DNA of 64,000 bases. It comes from Euglena gracilis (Eukaryota). The first letter of the stretch is position 1; the number at the start of each line of letters is the position of its first letter. The notes below the pieces were generated by a model that did not search any database, was not told the DNA's origin, and saw nothing but the letters and a program-made list of their open reading frames with translations. The stretch spans positions 13,930,387-13,994,386 of the forward strand of contig CP154954.1 of NCBI GenBank assembly GCA_039621445.1, in the 5' to 3' direction. The position numbers and the translations under genes are program-made. This document shows, one piece after another, positions 24,801-34,000 of this stretch.

Positions 24801-27800
24801 TCGCTTTTGCTTTGCACGGGTTTCCGCGCAGATGTGGTTTGGGCGGAAACCCGCGTGGAGCTTGTTGCTGTCCTGGTGGGTTGTGTTTTGTGATGTTTTG
24901 GTGTCCCGAAGTGTCGGTGTCGGTGGTCGGTGTCGGCGGCACAATGTTTGGAAGTTGGGCGGGACAGGTTGAAAGGGAGCTGTGGCTGCTGCGCCGTGAC
25001 AGCAAGCACCCGAGCACGCGGAAACCCGCCTGGCATTTGAGCAGGAGGTGGACACCCTCCTCTGCAATTCGGACGCAGTAATGTTCCCCCTGGCCAGTGG
25101 TGAAGGGGTGGCTGCAGGGACAGCAGTGGAACGCACGTGTCAGTTGCCAGGCCGGGTGAGCTGCGGTAGAGAAGATGTTTTGTTACTGTCCCGAAAAACG
25201 GCCAAAAAACTGAGGTTGATTTCTCAGGAGGAACAAAAGCACCTCCCAGGGCCCTCCACTTGGAACCCAACGGTGTTGGTGGCCCAAAATCAGGGTTTGG
25301 GGAAGGCCGACGAAGAAGTGATTCAAGATAGGGACGGAGAAACGCCTGTTTCAGCAGCTGGTGGCAGCCATCGAAAAAATTTGGGTGGTTTTGGGAAGGA
25401 GTCCTCCAAGTTCTGAAAAATTCAAGGCCATTGTAATTGTTTTTTGAAAGAGTTTTACAGCATGTTTCCTTTGAAAAGCTGCAGTTTTTGCTGAAATTCA
25501 GACAGAATACCCAAACCACCTCTTTTTTTCTGGCTCTTCCTCCTTCGGGGTCGGCAACATGCAACGGTGGTCTCGACCGTCAGAAGCCGTGTGGGAGGGG
25601 GGGTAAACCACCAGAAGGCGGTCGTTCTCAACCAACGCCGGGTCGATGTTTGACCCGCTGCATTTGGCTTCCATCCATGTAACCACTCTCAACGCAAGTG
25701 TATCCGGTCCTTTTGGAAACCACCTCTGCTCTGAGTGCCCAAGTTTAAGGGCTGCCCATCTCTCCTTGTTTGGTCAAACCCTGCTGGTGCAATCTCCTCT
25801 CCCTGGTTTCCATAAACCTTCACCCCTCAAACTCACCACAACACGCCAGACACCATTCAGTTGCAAACTGCCTGGCAGCCTGGCAACAAAGTCTGTCGTC
25901 CGTGTACTCCGCAAAGATTCACCCCTTTGACTGGTGTCACAAGTAGGGTTGCAAAACTTTGCCAACAAACCGGCAGACTTCATTTCTAGGGTGGCTTCCT
26001 GGCTGGTCTTTTTGGTTTGTGTTGGTTTGCGTGGATTGTGGTGGTGGGTGGTTTGAGGTTTGTTTGGGGCTTTGGAACAAATGCTGTGCTTTTTCTGCCC
26101 ACCCTTAACCCGGCCACACGGATTCCCGCTTACACCCAGTCGCCTTACACTCGCCACGTATACACACACAGAAAACGGATTCCCTCCTACCAATCATCAA
26201 CTGTTTGTGTCATTGTACGTGGTAATCCGCGTACCATTCTTTGTTTTCACTTTTAGGTGGTAATCCGCGTACAAGTGCATTGTGCGCGGATATCCGCCTA
26301 AACACTTAACTCTGTTGTCTGTCACCTCTTCTTTCGTTTCACGCGGTTTTCCGCGCACACTTGTATTATCCATTTGTTTCTCAGATACTGTTATTAACAT
26401 AAACCAACACACAGCCCCCATGACACACCCATTCAAAGTCAGTGTTTTTCAACTCATTTCAAACAGTTCTAGTACACTCCCAAATCACACAATTCACACG
26501 CAATCGTAAATCGGTTAAGCGGAATACCGCGCAAAACCATTTTCATAAAATTTTGGCTCAAAGCCGCCACACACCCCTCTCAGCCCAAATCTTTGTGCCC
26601 TTTTAGGGGGGTTTCAAAACAGCCAAAAAACGCCCAAAAAACGCAAAAATCGGTTGGGCAATTCGCGCCGCCTAAGTTAGTCACTGGCCGACCCCCCCCC
26701 CCTGGGTGGGTGGCTGGTTTTTCAGAGTAACTGACTGGTTTTGGCCTGGACACCCTCCCCCCCCCGGGGGGGGGTTCGCAAAAAAACCACTAAAGTGACC
26801 CGGCGCCGAAGGTGCCGGACAAAGTTTTGGGCTTTTTTTCCCATGTTTTTTGGTCAAACTTCCTTTGGATTCTAGAGTGGCCGACCCCCCCCCCCCCCAG
26901 GGGGTGGTGACTGACTGGTTTCCCGGAAAAAGTGACTGGCTGGTTTTTCGAAGAGTGGAATGACCCCCCGGGGATCGGTAAAACATTGCATGTTCCTTAC
27001 CTGAGGAAGGGCGCTGCCTCCCAACCTGTCCGCTCGCCTGGAGGCACTCAATAAAAAGTTTGGGGCCAGGGTGCTTCCAGCTGGAGAGCCTCTTCAAAGA
27101 CTTGTCCCATATTGTACCGTCCCTCTCCTGGCCAGACAGCAGGAAATGCACTTGGAAAAACAACCCAATGAAAGATTTGTTTCTGCACAAGATAATTTCC
27201 TGTCAATCGCACATTGTTGCATTATGGGTATCCCAGGGCAGTGCTCATGTGAATATGTGAATGAAAGGAGGCTGGTTATGGGAGCAGGCTTTTGCTTAGT
27301 CGTGTGCCCAGCCCACGTGGGGGGGTGCTAGGGGCAGGCACCCCATCCGACCCCCCCCCCGGGGGGGTCGAGTTTTTGGGGGGTGCCTGCCCATAGCAGG
27401 CACCCCCTCCGACCCCGGCGCCGAAGGGCCCGGAAAATGCCATTTTCAATGAAAAATTTATGGGCCCCCTGGACCCCCCGGAGGGTGTGCCTGCTAGGGG
27501 CAGGCACCATATAGCCCCCCTCCCCCCCCCCCCGGTCGGCCTGAATGGGAGCATAGCCAGTGTCATTTTGCGCTTTACCGCTTACCGCAGAGCCACTACT
27601 ACCCCCCCCCCCCCTATGTCCAATGGCCACCCCCCGGTCAGAGGACACCTTTTCGGAGGTTTGACCAAATTTTTGGTCCCGGCGTGAAGCGCCGGGACCA
27701 AAAATTTTGCCCAAAAATTGGCCAAAGGTTACCGGTCATTGGACATAGGGGGGGGGTAGGGGCTCTGCGTTACCCCCTTTTTGGGACACAGTCTTGTAAG

Positions 27801-30800
27801 TTGTCCGAAACTTTGTGTGGCGACATATGTGGAGAGTATCCCCGGCGGGGAATCACACACCAAAATCCATTTTTCACCAGTCTCCATGTATTTTTTTTTG
27901 GAAAGGACTTCATTATTGTCATCTTTTTTTTTTAAGAAGAAAACGCCCTGCCGAGGACGTTCATCTGCGTCTCCCACTCCACGTACGAGGCGTGCCAGCA
28001 CGACTTCCATTTCCGGAGGCTGGCGAAGGTCACGGTGCCTGGCAAGGCCACCCAGGGACCAGTGGGACTTTTTTCTTCAGCAGACAACGATGTATATTTC
28101 GTTTTGTAGTCAATTTTATCTTGGACTCTTATATTCCAGAAAGGGGTACTTTTTTTTAAGAAGATTTGACTCCGGGGGGGGGGGTCCAGCCAGCCAGCAG
28201 CTTTTTTCCAGCCTTCTCCCGCATCGACGAGTTTTTTCCATCTTTTATTATATTTTTCAGCCTTCCTTCGGGTGGCTGGATGGGCTTTCAGAGATGCAAA
28301 ACCGGCCAAAAATGGGCGAAAGTGGGTCAGAAAAGGGCTGGGGCGTATTTGGGGTTTAAAACTGACTGGTTTTTCAAAAAAAGTGGCTGACTGGCTTTTG
28401 GAAGTGTGGAAGTAACCCCCTCCCCCCTCCCCTGTTGGTCGATAAAATTCTAAACCACACAAAATTTGGATGGTGAGGGAGGGGGAGTTGGTGCAGTTGG
28501 TTTTCTGGGTTGTGCTACAAAGGCGTTCGTTTGCTCAGCCCTGCCAGAGAGGTACTTCCGGTGTACGAGGTGCTGTGCGAGGCGGGATGCGTCGAGACAC
28601 GGACCCCCAAGGCCGCAGACCTTCCTGGAACAGTCGGCATCGACGTGCAGAGGGAGCCTGTGAAGCCGGCCAATCAGTGTCGAGTCTGGCTTGTGGTCCC
28701 CCAATTTGAACTCCGGACTATTCTCTCAACCTGCATGGGGTCCAACGTTTTTGTTCATCCAGTGCACATTCCCAAGTCAGATCAGTGACCAACCTCTGAA
28801 GTTGCAATGCCGATGTTGCAGAGTGTGGGTTCAGGGTGCCCACCCCTCCCCCTCCCGGGAAACTGTCGCAGAAGGTGGGAGTGGCCAACCAGTCATGAGA
28901 GGAAGTTTCCAGGGTCCTGGCACTGGCCGACCTGTCGAGTTAACAGCTTCCTCGGGGAGGGGGGTGTTAGGCAGGTGCTTATTCTGCTGCTGTTCTCTGG
29001 TTTCGTTTCACAAACTGTTTTTTTTTGTTTGATGGAATGCGGCTTAATGCGTGCGATCGGCGGACACTCATTGCCTCCGCCCAAGGAGCGGCGGTACTCC
29101 CCGGCGCAGCGGGTCAGCGTGGCGGACGGCCTGCTGTTGCGCGGCCCCACCAAGACTGGGAACAAACCGGCGGACCAGTCCCTGAATGGTGTCCCCCCTT
29201 CAAGCCTGCCCATGCGAAGCACGGAGGGTGAATGGTGTGGCTTTCCCCACTGAATCTGCTGCATTTTGAAGTTTTTTGGGGGGTGAGAAATGATTCATTA
29301 ATCCCACCGTCATCGAAGGGAGATACAAACAGAAAAGTCGCGTGGTTGGCAATGATACTTTTCAGGTTTTTCAAAAGATAATCATTTCTTCGATGCAAAA
29401 ATCCGAGTTATGGCATTCCCCTGTTATCATTTTAGGAGTATTAAAGGAGGTGGTTGTATGGCAAGTGTGTACATATGTAAGTCTGTGTGGAAATTATGCA
29501 AATACATGGCAGCCTCGGTCTATTTGCCCCCCCCCCCCGGGGGGGGCAAGCAGAGTGATCAATGGGGGGGGGGTCGTGTGGAGGGACCCGTGTCCGACCT
29601 TCGGGGAAATTTGGGTCTAGGGTTAGGTTTCCAACCAGATACCCAGAGGATGTACATTTTTAGGAATTTAGGCAGACGTCAGGCCGCATGTGGGAGCCAG
29701 TGGACCGAATTCAGGGGAATTCTTTTTGGTAAAACATGTATTCAAAAATCTTCTGAAAATGGGACCTGATTGCCGGCCTAACTTCGTCCTAAAATGGACC
29801 AGTTTTCGGGGCAATCCCAACCCTAACCCTATGCCAACAATTTAGGGGGAATCCTCCTTGATTCCACTGCCGGTTTCCCTGAAACCGCGTGTTTCCCAGC
29901 GCCGTGGGGCCAAAACAAAAACAGAAATTTGGATCTGGGTCCCCCATACCAGGGGGGGGGGGACTCAAACAGGAAAAATTGCTGTGGAAAAATTCAGAAC
30001 AAATTTTTGTTTAGGATTATCCCCACAAATTTTGCGAAATATAAATTTTCGGCACTCCGTCAATTCAAAATAAAAGAATTTTTTGCCTTATTTTTTGGAG
30101 TTTTTTTTTGCAATTTTTTTTTTGGAGTTGTGACAACCTCGAATTTTGGTGTGATTTATCTTGTGTTTCCCTGAAAAGTTGGTTCACAAGATTTTTTTCG
30201 TTCAGAATCTTCCCTGGGGGCCCGCTTTTCAGCGAGCAATTAGTAAATAATAAATAAGCGAGCGTCCAATAATTTTTCCCGTCGGCATTTGTTCCTGTTA
30301 TTTTCCCCCCGGTATACCCCCCCTGATCATTCTAATTTCCCCCCCAGGTGAGAAAGTAGAGTGAGGCTGCCAGATATCCGTATACATATACACACATACA
30401 TGCATATACAGAATAACATATGCATACATAAACCCCACCCCCCACTTATACCCCCCCCCCCCTTATAACCCCCCCCCCCCCCTTCTAACCCCCCCCCCCC
30501 ACTTATAAACCCCCCCCCCCTCGGGCCGACCAGCCAAACCGGATCGATCCTATAACCCCCCCCCCCTGGGGAAGAAAAATGGAAACCGCCGGGGACGATT
30601 TTTTTTTTCAGCCGCAAACCACTGAAAAACTGATTTTTTGGCATTTTTTTGAGACCGACCATCATCAAAATGCCATTTTTGACCAAGTTTGCCAAACATT
30701 GCCAATTTTAGGGGGTTTCGAGGGCATTTTTTGGGGTCGGATTTTGACCAACAATTCCGTATCCTATAAAACCCTCCCACCTATAAACCCCCCCCTCGGG

Positions 30801-31657
30801 CCGACCAACTAAACCGGATCCTATAAACCCCGGGCAGTTTATAAGTGGGGGGAGGGGTTTACACATGCATCAGGGGGGGGGAAATGCGCTGCGCAGTTTT
30901 GCGCATTTTTGTCAATTTTTAAAAAAATGCGCATTTTTGTGCATTTTTTTGCGCATTTTTCCCATTTTCCCACTTTTTTTTTTACACTTTTTGGAGGCAT
31001 TTTGTCCATATTGTCCAAATTGTCAAAAACAAACTTGACATTGGTGTTATTCAACACCGTTCTTCAACACCAATCAAATCACATACTCACCGAATTTTGC
31101 CCACGTTCAAGTAACCCATTTCTATAACCAACGAACCCATTTCCGCACTTTTTTTTCCACCCAAGGGACCTGCCTCAAGAAAAAAAACCCTTGGGTGATG
31201 AGGTGTGGGTACTCATCCAATGATGATGAGGACACTAGGGTTTTCAGAGACCCCACATCGAATCCTACTCCCTTTGTCACAAGTAAGGGGCAACCATGGC
31301 TGACATTGTTGGTTATGGTGAACAGAGAGTGACGCCTTGCTCGTGCATTTTTTTTTTATATACCAAAAATGCCTTTATTTCAGCTGTTTTTGATGACTTT
31401 GGTTTAATTTTGGGCTTATTGTTGGAAATTTTTCTGAGTCCTTTTTCTCTTATGAATGTACAAACTCAGCGCATTTTTGCGCATTTTTTTTTTCCGGGGG
31501 CCGTCCAGAGCATCCCCCCCCCTGCATACATGCACGCATACATACACACAAACATGCACACATGCATGCATACATGCGTACATTCGTATATGCATACAAC
31601 AGACAGACAGACAGGCAGACAGATAGACAAACAGACAGACAGGCAGGCAGGCAGAAC

Positions 31658-31689
<32 letters not shown>

Positions 31690-33475
31690 TACACGCATAC
31701 GTACATGTAGCATATTGCACTCACAGACACATTCAAAAACAAGCACACACATTGCCATGCATTTGGATAATATGTTACGCACCATCATACACTTTTATTT
31801 TCCCTTGTGGGAAGCATGCCTATTTTTTTTTTGACAGGGCAATTCTGCTCGAAATATTTATTTCCTCGCGTAACAAGTTTTTTTTTTAAAAGCGTCATGG
31901 CACGAACTCGCGAAACGTTGCGCACGATTTCGGTAATTTCATCTCTGAGCCATGTGCTTTCCTTCGCTGGGCTTGAGCAACCAACACCAGGTAGGAGTTG
32001 TCCCCGGCCTGCCCCCGGCCAGGTGACCTATCACTGGACACTTGTGGACCGCGCGGTGCTCCTGCAGTCAGCCGAGGGGTACGAGGAGGCGTATGCCGCC
32101 ATGGTGGTTGGCGGCCAGTCTGCTGTGCCGTGCCATGCCGTGCTGTGCCGGCTGGTTTTAATGTGTGCTCTCGCCCAGGTGTCGGATGTTGTGTGTTTCG
32201 GAACTGGATGAACTGGGCCAAATTGTGCCATTCCGATGCCTGATGGAATGCTCTGATGAGATGTTCAGTTGAGACAGCACCCAGGCGACCTAACTTGCAC
32301 TCAATCTGTTTTGCATGCCATTGCGCATGCGCTCAGCATTCACTGTCCTGCAAACCCACCCTTTTGGTTCTTTAGCCCTGTGGCAACTGTTCCTTGTTTT
32401 GTCCAGTTTTAAATCCAATTCCGAAATTCCTTGAAATAGGACAAAACACCCGTGCTCAGTCCCACGTTTTTGTACCCCTCAATATATTTCTGTCCCTCCT
32501 GTGCAAGCCAGGTGAAACTTCTGCCCTTTGTGTTGCTTTGTGAAGTGCTGTGGCATGTATAGGGTTCCTGCCAAGTCATCCAGGGGGTGGACTCTACATC
32601 TACACTGTTCCCCCCCTTGTCTAAGCCCCCCCTCCCCGGTGATGACCCATCTTTTTAAAGGTCATCTTCTCGCGGAGGCTTTTTTTGTGTGCTTTTTTAG
32701 AAAATTTTCTCGAGAGTTTGAAAATTATTGAAACCTCTGAAGCCTGATATGGTGAGACATTGTTGATTTTTGCATCCAAATGCCTGTGAGTGCAACAGTG
32801 GACCTCCAAAATAAGGGTAACCCCCCCCCTAATAGAAGCACGGGGCCGCTACAAGCGCAGGGTCCAAATAAAAGCGCACCCCCCCCCACCGCCGAAGGCG
32901 GCGGTCTGCTACAAGCGCACCCCCCATTTTGATAGGATTTCTAAAGGAAATCAACAAAAATCGCGCAGGTACGGCCCAAATAGAAGCGCACCCGTGCTTC
33001 AATTGGGGGGGGGGGTTAATTTTTCCTTTTTGGTGTGAAGCGCCGGATTTTTTTTTGCAAGTCAAAATTTCCCCCTTGTCCAAGCACCAGCCCCCTGATG
33101 CTTACCAATGTTTTCCAGTGCTTAGACAAGGGGGGGGGTATGCTCCCGATTCTCCGGCACTCCGTGTTTTCAGCTTCTCCCAACTCTGAAATAGCCCGGC
33201 TTGCACGTCTCATTTCCAAGGCACGGCGGTCTGCCGGGGACCAACAACGGGCGCGGCAGCTGCTGGCGGCCAACCCGCTGCTGGACCCGCCGGACAAGAC
33301 GTGGGCCGCCCTGGCTGCCCAGCCAGGGCTTAATGGGAATCCCCGCAACCCTGTGGGTGGTGGGTGGGGGGGGTCGACCCCCCCACCAGGCCTTCCCGCA
33401 CAGCCCTGCGCCCAGCTGGAGCACGCGGAGGCCGGCCGGCCATGGGACGGCGTGTTCTACTTCAAAGAGAAGTGA
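837..33475 (+). CDS. Spliced gene (5' end lies upstream of the window): receptor-type class III adenylyl cyclase, TM-extracellular region-TM-HAMP-cyclase; about 27+ exons, listed separately
   Basis: Exons join in frame to give LTIMFADIEGFS...TEYFEAMCSNIVGRNGTIDKFIGDCIMAMWNAP...FRVGIHTGECLVGNFGCSYRVSYTCLGDGVNLSARLEALNKKFGT...WDGVFYFKEK*. There are two hydrophobic helices (837-887 and 14827-14892) and a HAMP-like segment. Exon structure at 6760-8206 and 29150-32016 is unresolved. Confidence 0.93.
2238..2339 (+). CDS. Adenylyl cyclase exon
   Basis: VSQAIERFDARLTEGEKEMTEVVLMVQGSGVLGY; downstream 12-bp stem CTGGGCACCTGC/GCAGGTGTCCGG (with G-U pairs). Confidence 0.72.
2592..2627 (+). CDS. Adenylyl cyclase micro-exon (probable)
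   Basis: DLRPSQFDIPRL between two paired intron ends; CCTGCAC (2630) pairs with GTGCAGG (5914). Confidence 0.55.
3875..4737. mobile_element. TA-flanked MITE (AAATAA-ACCCC family) with nested element 4028-4512
   Basis: C-run/G-run TIRs; homologous to 44066-45041. Confidence 0.85.
5926..6015 (+). CDS. Adenylyl cyclase exon
   Basis: PFTGQTFTMMQGHRFFSQVSVIGSYLDPTE; 5' end +/-3 nt; 3' intron 6016-6620 is N3-CAG...CTG-N5|A. Confidence 0.75.
6621..6752 (+). CDS. Adenylyl cyclase exon
   Basis: SFFIPTFWVTWVAFYMDFLNNSFGTRTLYSTPLVMAVNEKSSTL; 3' end uncertain. Confidence 0.75.
7289..7341 (+). CDS. Adenylyl cyclase exon (tentative)
   Basis: GDLPGNITQVNQITAKP joins in frame to the 8207 exon via GT(7342)..AG(8206); 5' end uncertain. 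Confidence 0.4.
8207..8289 (+). CDS. Adenylyl cyclase exon
   Basis: LAKWVDGWLTTMAWNRFTGQVELVLRQ; 3' intron 8290-9502 has stem CAGGGGC/GTCCCTG. Confidence 0.8.
9503..9603 (+). CDS. Adenylyl cyclase exon
   Basis: (K)IAAQNGTGIQLTINIGAATISDELRSQLKGFPD; both junctions in frame under the N3/N5 rule. Confidence 0.82.
9977..10023 (+). CDS. Adenylyl cyclase exon
   Basis: DRLVLFFRQPHGYMI(A); flanking stems CAAGC/GCTTG and CGGCG/CGCCG. Confidence 0.82.
11511..11618 (+). CDS. Adenylyl cyclase exon
   Basis: ASHGKYFSHSDVDARYINPLLHPPNISAYSLWTCL(Q); high GC3, in frame at both ends. Confidence 0.85.
11622..11949. mobile_element. MITE with 8-bp TSD that forms nonconventional intron 11619-11954 (introner-like)
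   Basis: Imperfect TIR CAAGGCTTCACTTA / TAAGTGATTCCATG; flanks CTGCAGAG / CTGTAGAG; related sequence at about 21490-21598 and about 61330-61455. Confidence 0.85.
11955..12007 (+). CDS. Adenylyl cyclase exon
   Basis: SNDALIAFACQQLYGKY(Q); 3' stem CAGGGGAAG/CTTCCTCTG. Confidence 0.85.
12266..12417. mobile_element. hAT-like MITE
   Basis: CAGGGATTT...AAATCCCCTG; perfect TSD TCTCCACT. Confidence 0.88.
12622..12707 (+). CDS. Adenylyl cyclase exon
   Basis: SWTAIPEMNQELVLAGQRYWVATGYSSG; 3' stem CGGGCCGG/CCGGCCCG. Confidence 0.85.
13875..14279. mobile_element. TA-flanked MITE
   Basis: TAAAACCCCCCAATTAGAAGCCCCC / GGGGGCTTTTAATTGGGGGGTTTTA. Confidence 0.85.
14321..14430 (+). CDS. Adenylyl cyclase exon
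   Basis: TLQCTVLMLKCRASVMGSIDASNAYVDQSVSDKKGV(T); in frame with neighbours. Confidence 0.85.
14826..14921 (+). CDS. Adenylyl cyclase exon (TM2)
   Basis: FVILGVVSAVAVLLPLSVGLWLATRLYMLAR(G); 13-bp 3' stem CAGGGCCTGTCCC/GGGGCGGGCCCTG. Confidence 0.87.
15022..15389. mobile_element. hAT-like MITE (CAGGGCGGTC family)
   Basis: TIR CAGGGCGGTC/GACCGCCCTG; TSD GGCAGCCC/GGCAGGCC; relatives at 38148-38369, about 33733-34340 and about 43314-43866. Confidence 0.88.
15476..15628 (+). CDS. Adenylyl cyclase exon (HAMP and linker)
   Basis: MDRIAQLQFATTAPPPTVFRELHRFQASFVQMERGLQAFGKFVPHGVVKV(L): HAMP-like E-L..F..M..GL pattern followed by FGKFVP. Confidence 0.9.
15784..15949. repeat. (TG)n/(TGCG)n microsatellite
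   Basis: Directly visible. Confidence 0.97.
18042..19764. mobile_element. C-run GGGAAACTGTCA-family element containing nested insertions
   Basis: TIR CCCCCCGGGAAACT(A/G)TCA / TGACAGTTTCCCGGGGGG; uninterrupted copy at about 34345-34512; fragments near 8820, 16000, 22130, 28850 and 38450. Confidence 0.8.
18102..19529. mobile_element. hAT-like non-autonomous element with (CCGACCAGGG)n subterminal arrays
   Basis: TIR CAGGCACCTA(C/T)GG; perfect TSD CTCCCGGG; empty site visible in the copy at about 34385-34420. Confidence 0.9.
19812..20228. mobile_element. hAT-like MITE
   Basis: TIR CAGGGTTCGATATAA; perfect TSD GTCTACCC. Confidence 0.92.
20505..20544 (+). CDS. Adenylyl cyclase exon
   Basis: IAGQMKANDEMHP; both junctions N3/N5 and in frame. 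Confidence 0.8.
21208..21321 (+). CDS. Adenylyl cyclase exon (catalytic, first metal-binding Asp)
   Basis: RMLTIMFADIEGFSTICENEFPAVLVSVCTEYFEAMCS. Confidence 0.93.
21752..21802 (+). CDS. Adenylyl cyclase exon (catalytic, Lys and second Asp)
   Basis: NIVGRNGTIDKFIGDCI. Confidence 0.93.
22311..22388 (+). CDS. Adenylyl cyclase exon (catalytic)
   Basis: MAMWNAPDRLPSHERDAVAASLAMQD. Confidence 0.92.
22608..22706 (+). CDS. Adenylyl cyclase exon (catalytic)
   Basis: CVMDLHRSWKDRGLPVLKFRVGIHTGECLVGNF. Confidence 0.93.
23158..23202 (+). CDS. Adenylyl cyclase exon (catalytic)
   Basis: GCSYRVSYTCLGDGV; upstream intron has a perfect 10-bp stem CCAGGGCCGG/CCGGCCCTGG. Confidence 0.92.
27023..27063 (+). 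CDS. Adenylyl cyclase exon (catalytic Asn/Arg)
   Basis: NLSARLEALNKKF(G). Confidence 0.92.
27285..27543. mobile_element. hAT-like MITE (GGCAC/GTGCC family)
   Basis: CAGGC...GCCTG; TSD TATGGGAG/AATGGGAG; related to 35171-35453. Confidence 0.8.
27600..27758. mobile_element. TA-flanked MITE (TATGTCCAA family)
   Basis: TIR TA-Cn-TATGTCCAATG; copies at 47403-47733 and 48548-48899, partial copy near 41986. Confidence 0.88.
27956..28049 (+). CDS. Adenylyl cyclase exon
   Basis: TFICVSHSTYEACQHDFHFRRLAKVTVPGKA. Confidence 0.9.
28549..28667 (+). CDS. Adenylyl cyclase exon
   Basis: EVLPVYEVLCEAGCVETRTPKAADLPGTVGIDVQREPVK(P); 3' stem CAATcAGTGTC/GACACTcATTG. Confidence 0.85.
29079..29150 (+). CDS. 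Adenylyl cyclase exon
   Basis: PKERRYSPAQRVSVADGLLLRGP; 3' end uncertain. Confidence 0.68.
30429..30861. mobile_element. TA-flanked MITE (TATAAACCCC family)
   Basis: TAAACCCCACCCCCACTTATA / TATAAGTGGGGGGAGGGGTTTA. Confidence 0.85.
31598..31690. repeat. (ACAG)n microsatellite
   Basis: Directly visible. Confidence 0.93.
32017..32112 (+). CDS. Adenylyl cyclase exon
   Basis: GQVTYHWTLVDRAVLLQSAEGYEEAYAAMVVG; 14-bp 3' stem CAGTCTGCTGTGCC/GGCACGGCGGTCTG. Confidence 0.82.
32818..33018. mobile_element. TA-flanked MITE nested in a TTGTCTAAG-family element (about 32607-33140)
   Basis: The empty site AAGGGTAATTTT in the homologous copy at 38-49 shows the TA duplication; further host copies at 1-210 and about 39822-40215. 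Confidence 0.88.
33239..33320 (+). CDS. Adenylyl cyclase exon
   Basis: DQQRARQLLAANPLLDPPDKTWAALAA(Q). Confidence 0.85.
33324..33408. mobile_element. 85-bp MITE derivative with 8-bp TSD that forms intron 33321-33413 (introner-like)
   Basis: [17 protein letters not shown]; flanks TGCCCAGC / CGCCCAGC; similar to an intergenic element starting at 42986. Confidence 0.82.
33414..33475 (+). CDS. Adenylyl cyclase last exon
   Basis: LEHAEAGRPWDGVFYFKEK*, with TGA at 33473-33475. Confidence 0.87.
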
Positions 33476-34000
33476 GGGAACCGGAAAATTTGGCCCAGGC
33501 TTCGCCAGACTGCTGTCTGATTGGGAAGGGACGCCTCTCCCGTAGAAGTGGAGTAGGGGGGTGGCGAATCCCACCCAGTTTGGACTCCTGGTCGGTTGAA
33601 TACCTTGGCCTGTTTGGGAGTGTCACAGTGTCACAAACAGGGGTGTCCCAGAAAGCCAGGATTCAGTCGGTCGGGATTGGGAAACAAATAGCAGTTCAGG
33701 GCTGGGGCTCTTGGTGATAATCCGCAATTGTCGAGGGTAGTCCGCAAGGGACGGGATTTTTTTTTAAATGGACCCCCCCCCCCGGGCCAAAGGGTTGACC
33801 AAGTGCTGGTCTGGGGCTTGAACGGGGTCGAAAGTGTTCAAATTACTTTTTTTGATGTTTTGGCTGGTTTGGCAAAGGTCTAAGGATGCCAGAAATCAAT
33901 TCCCCCCATGATTTCGACCTGTTTTTGCCGAAAAGTCTTTTTTTTGCCATTTTTTTTTGCCATTTTTCCTTTGTGGATTTTCAGTTGAATGTGCTGGGGC

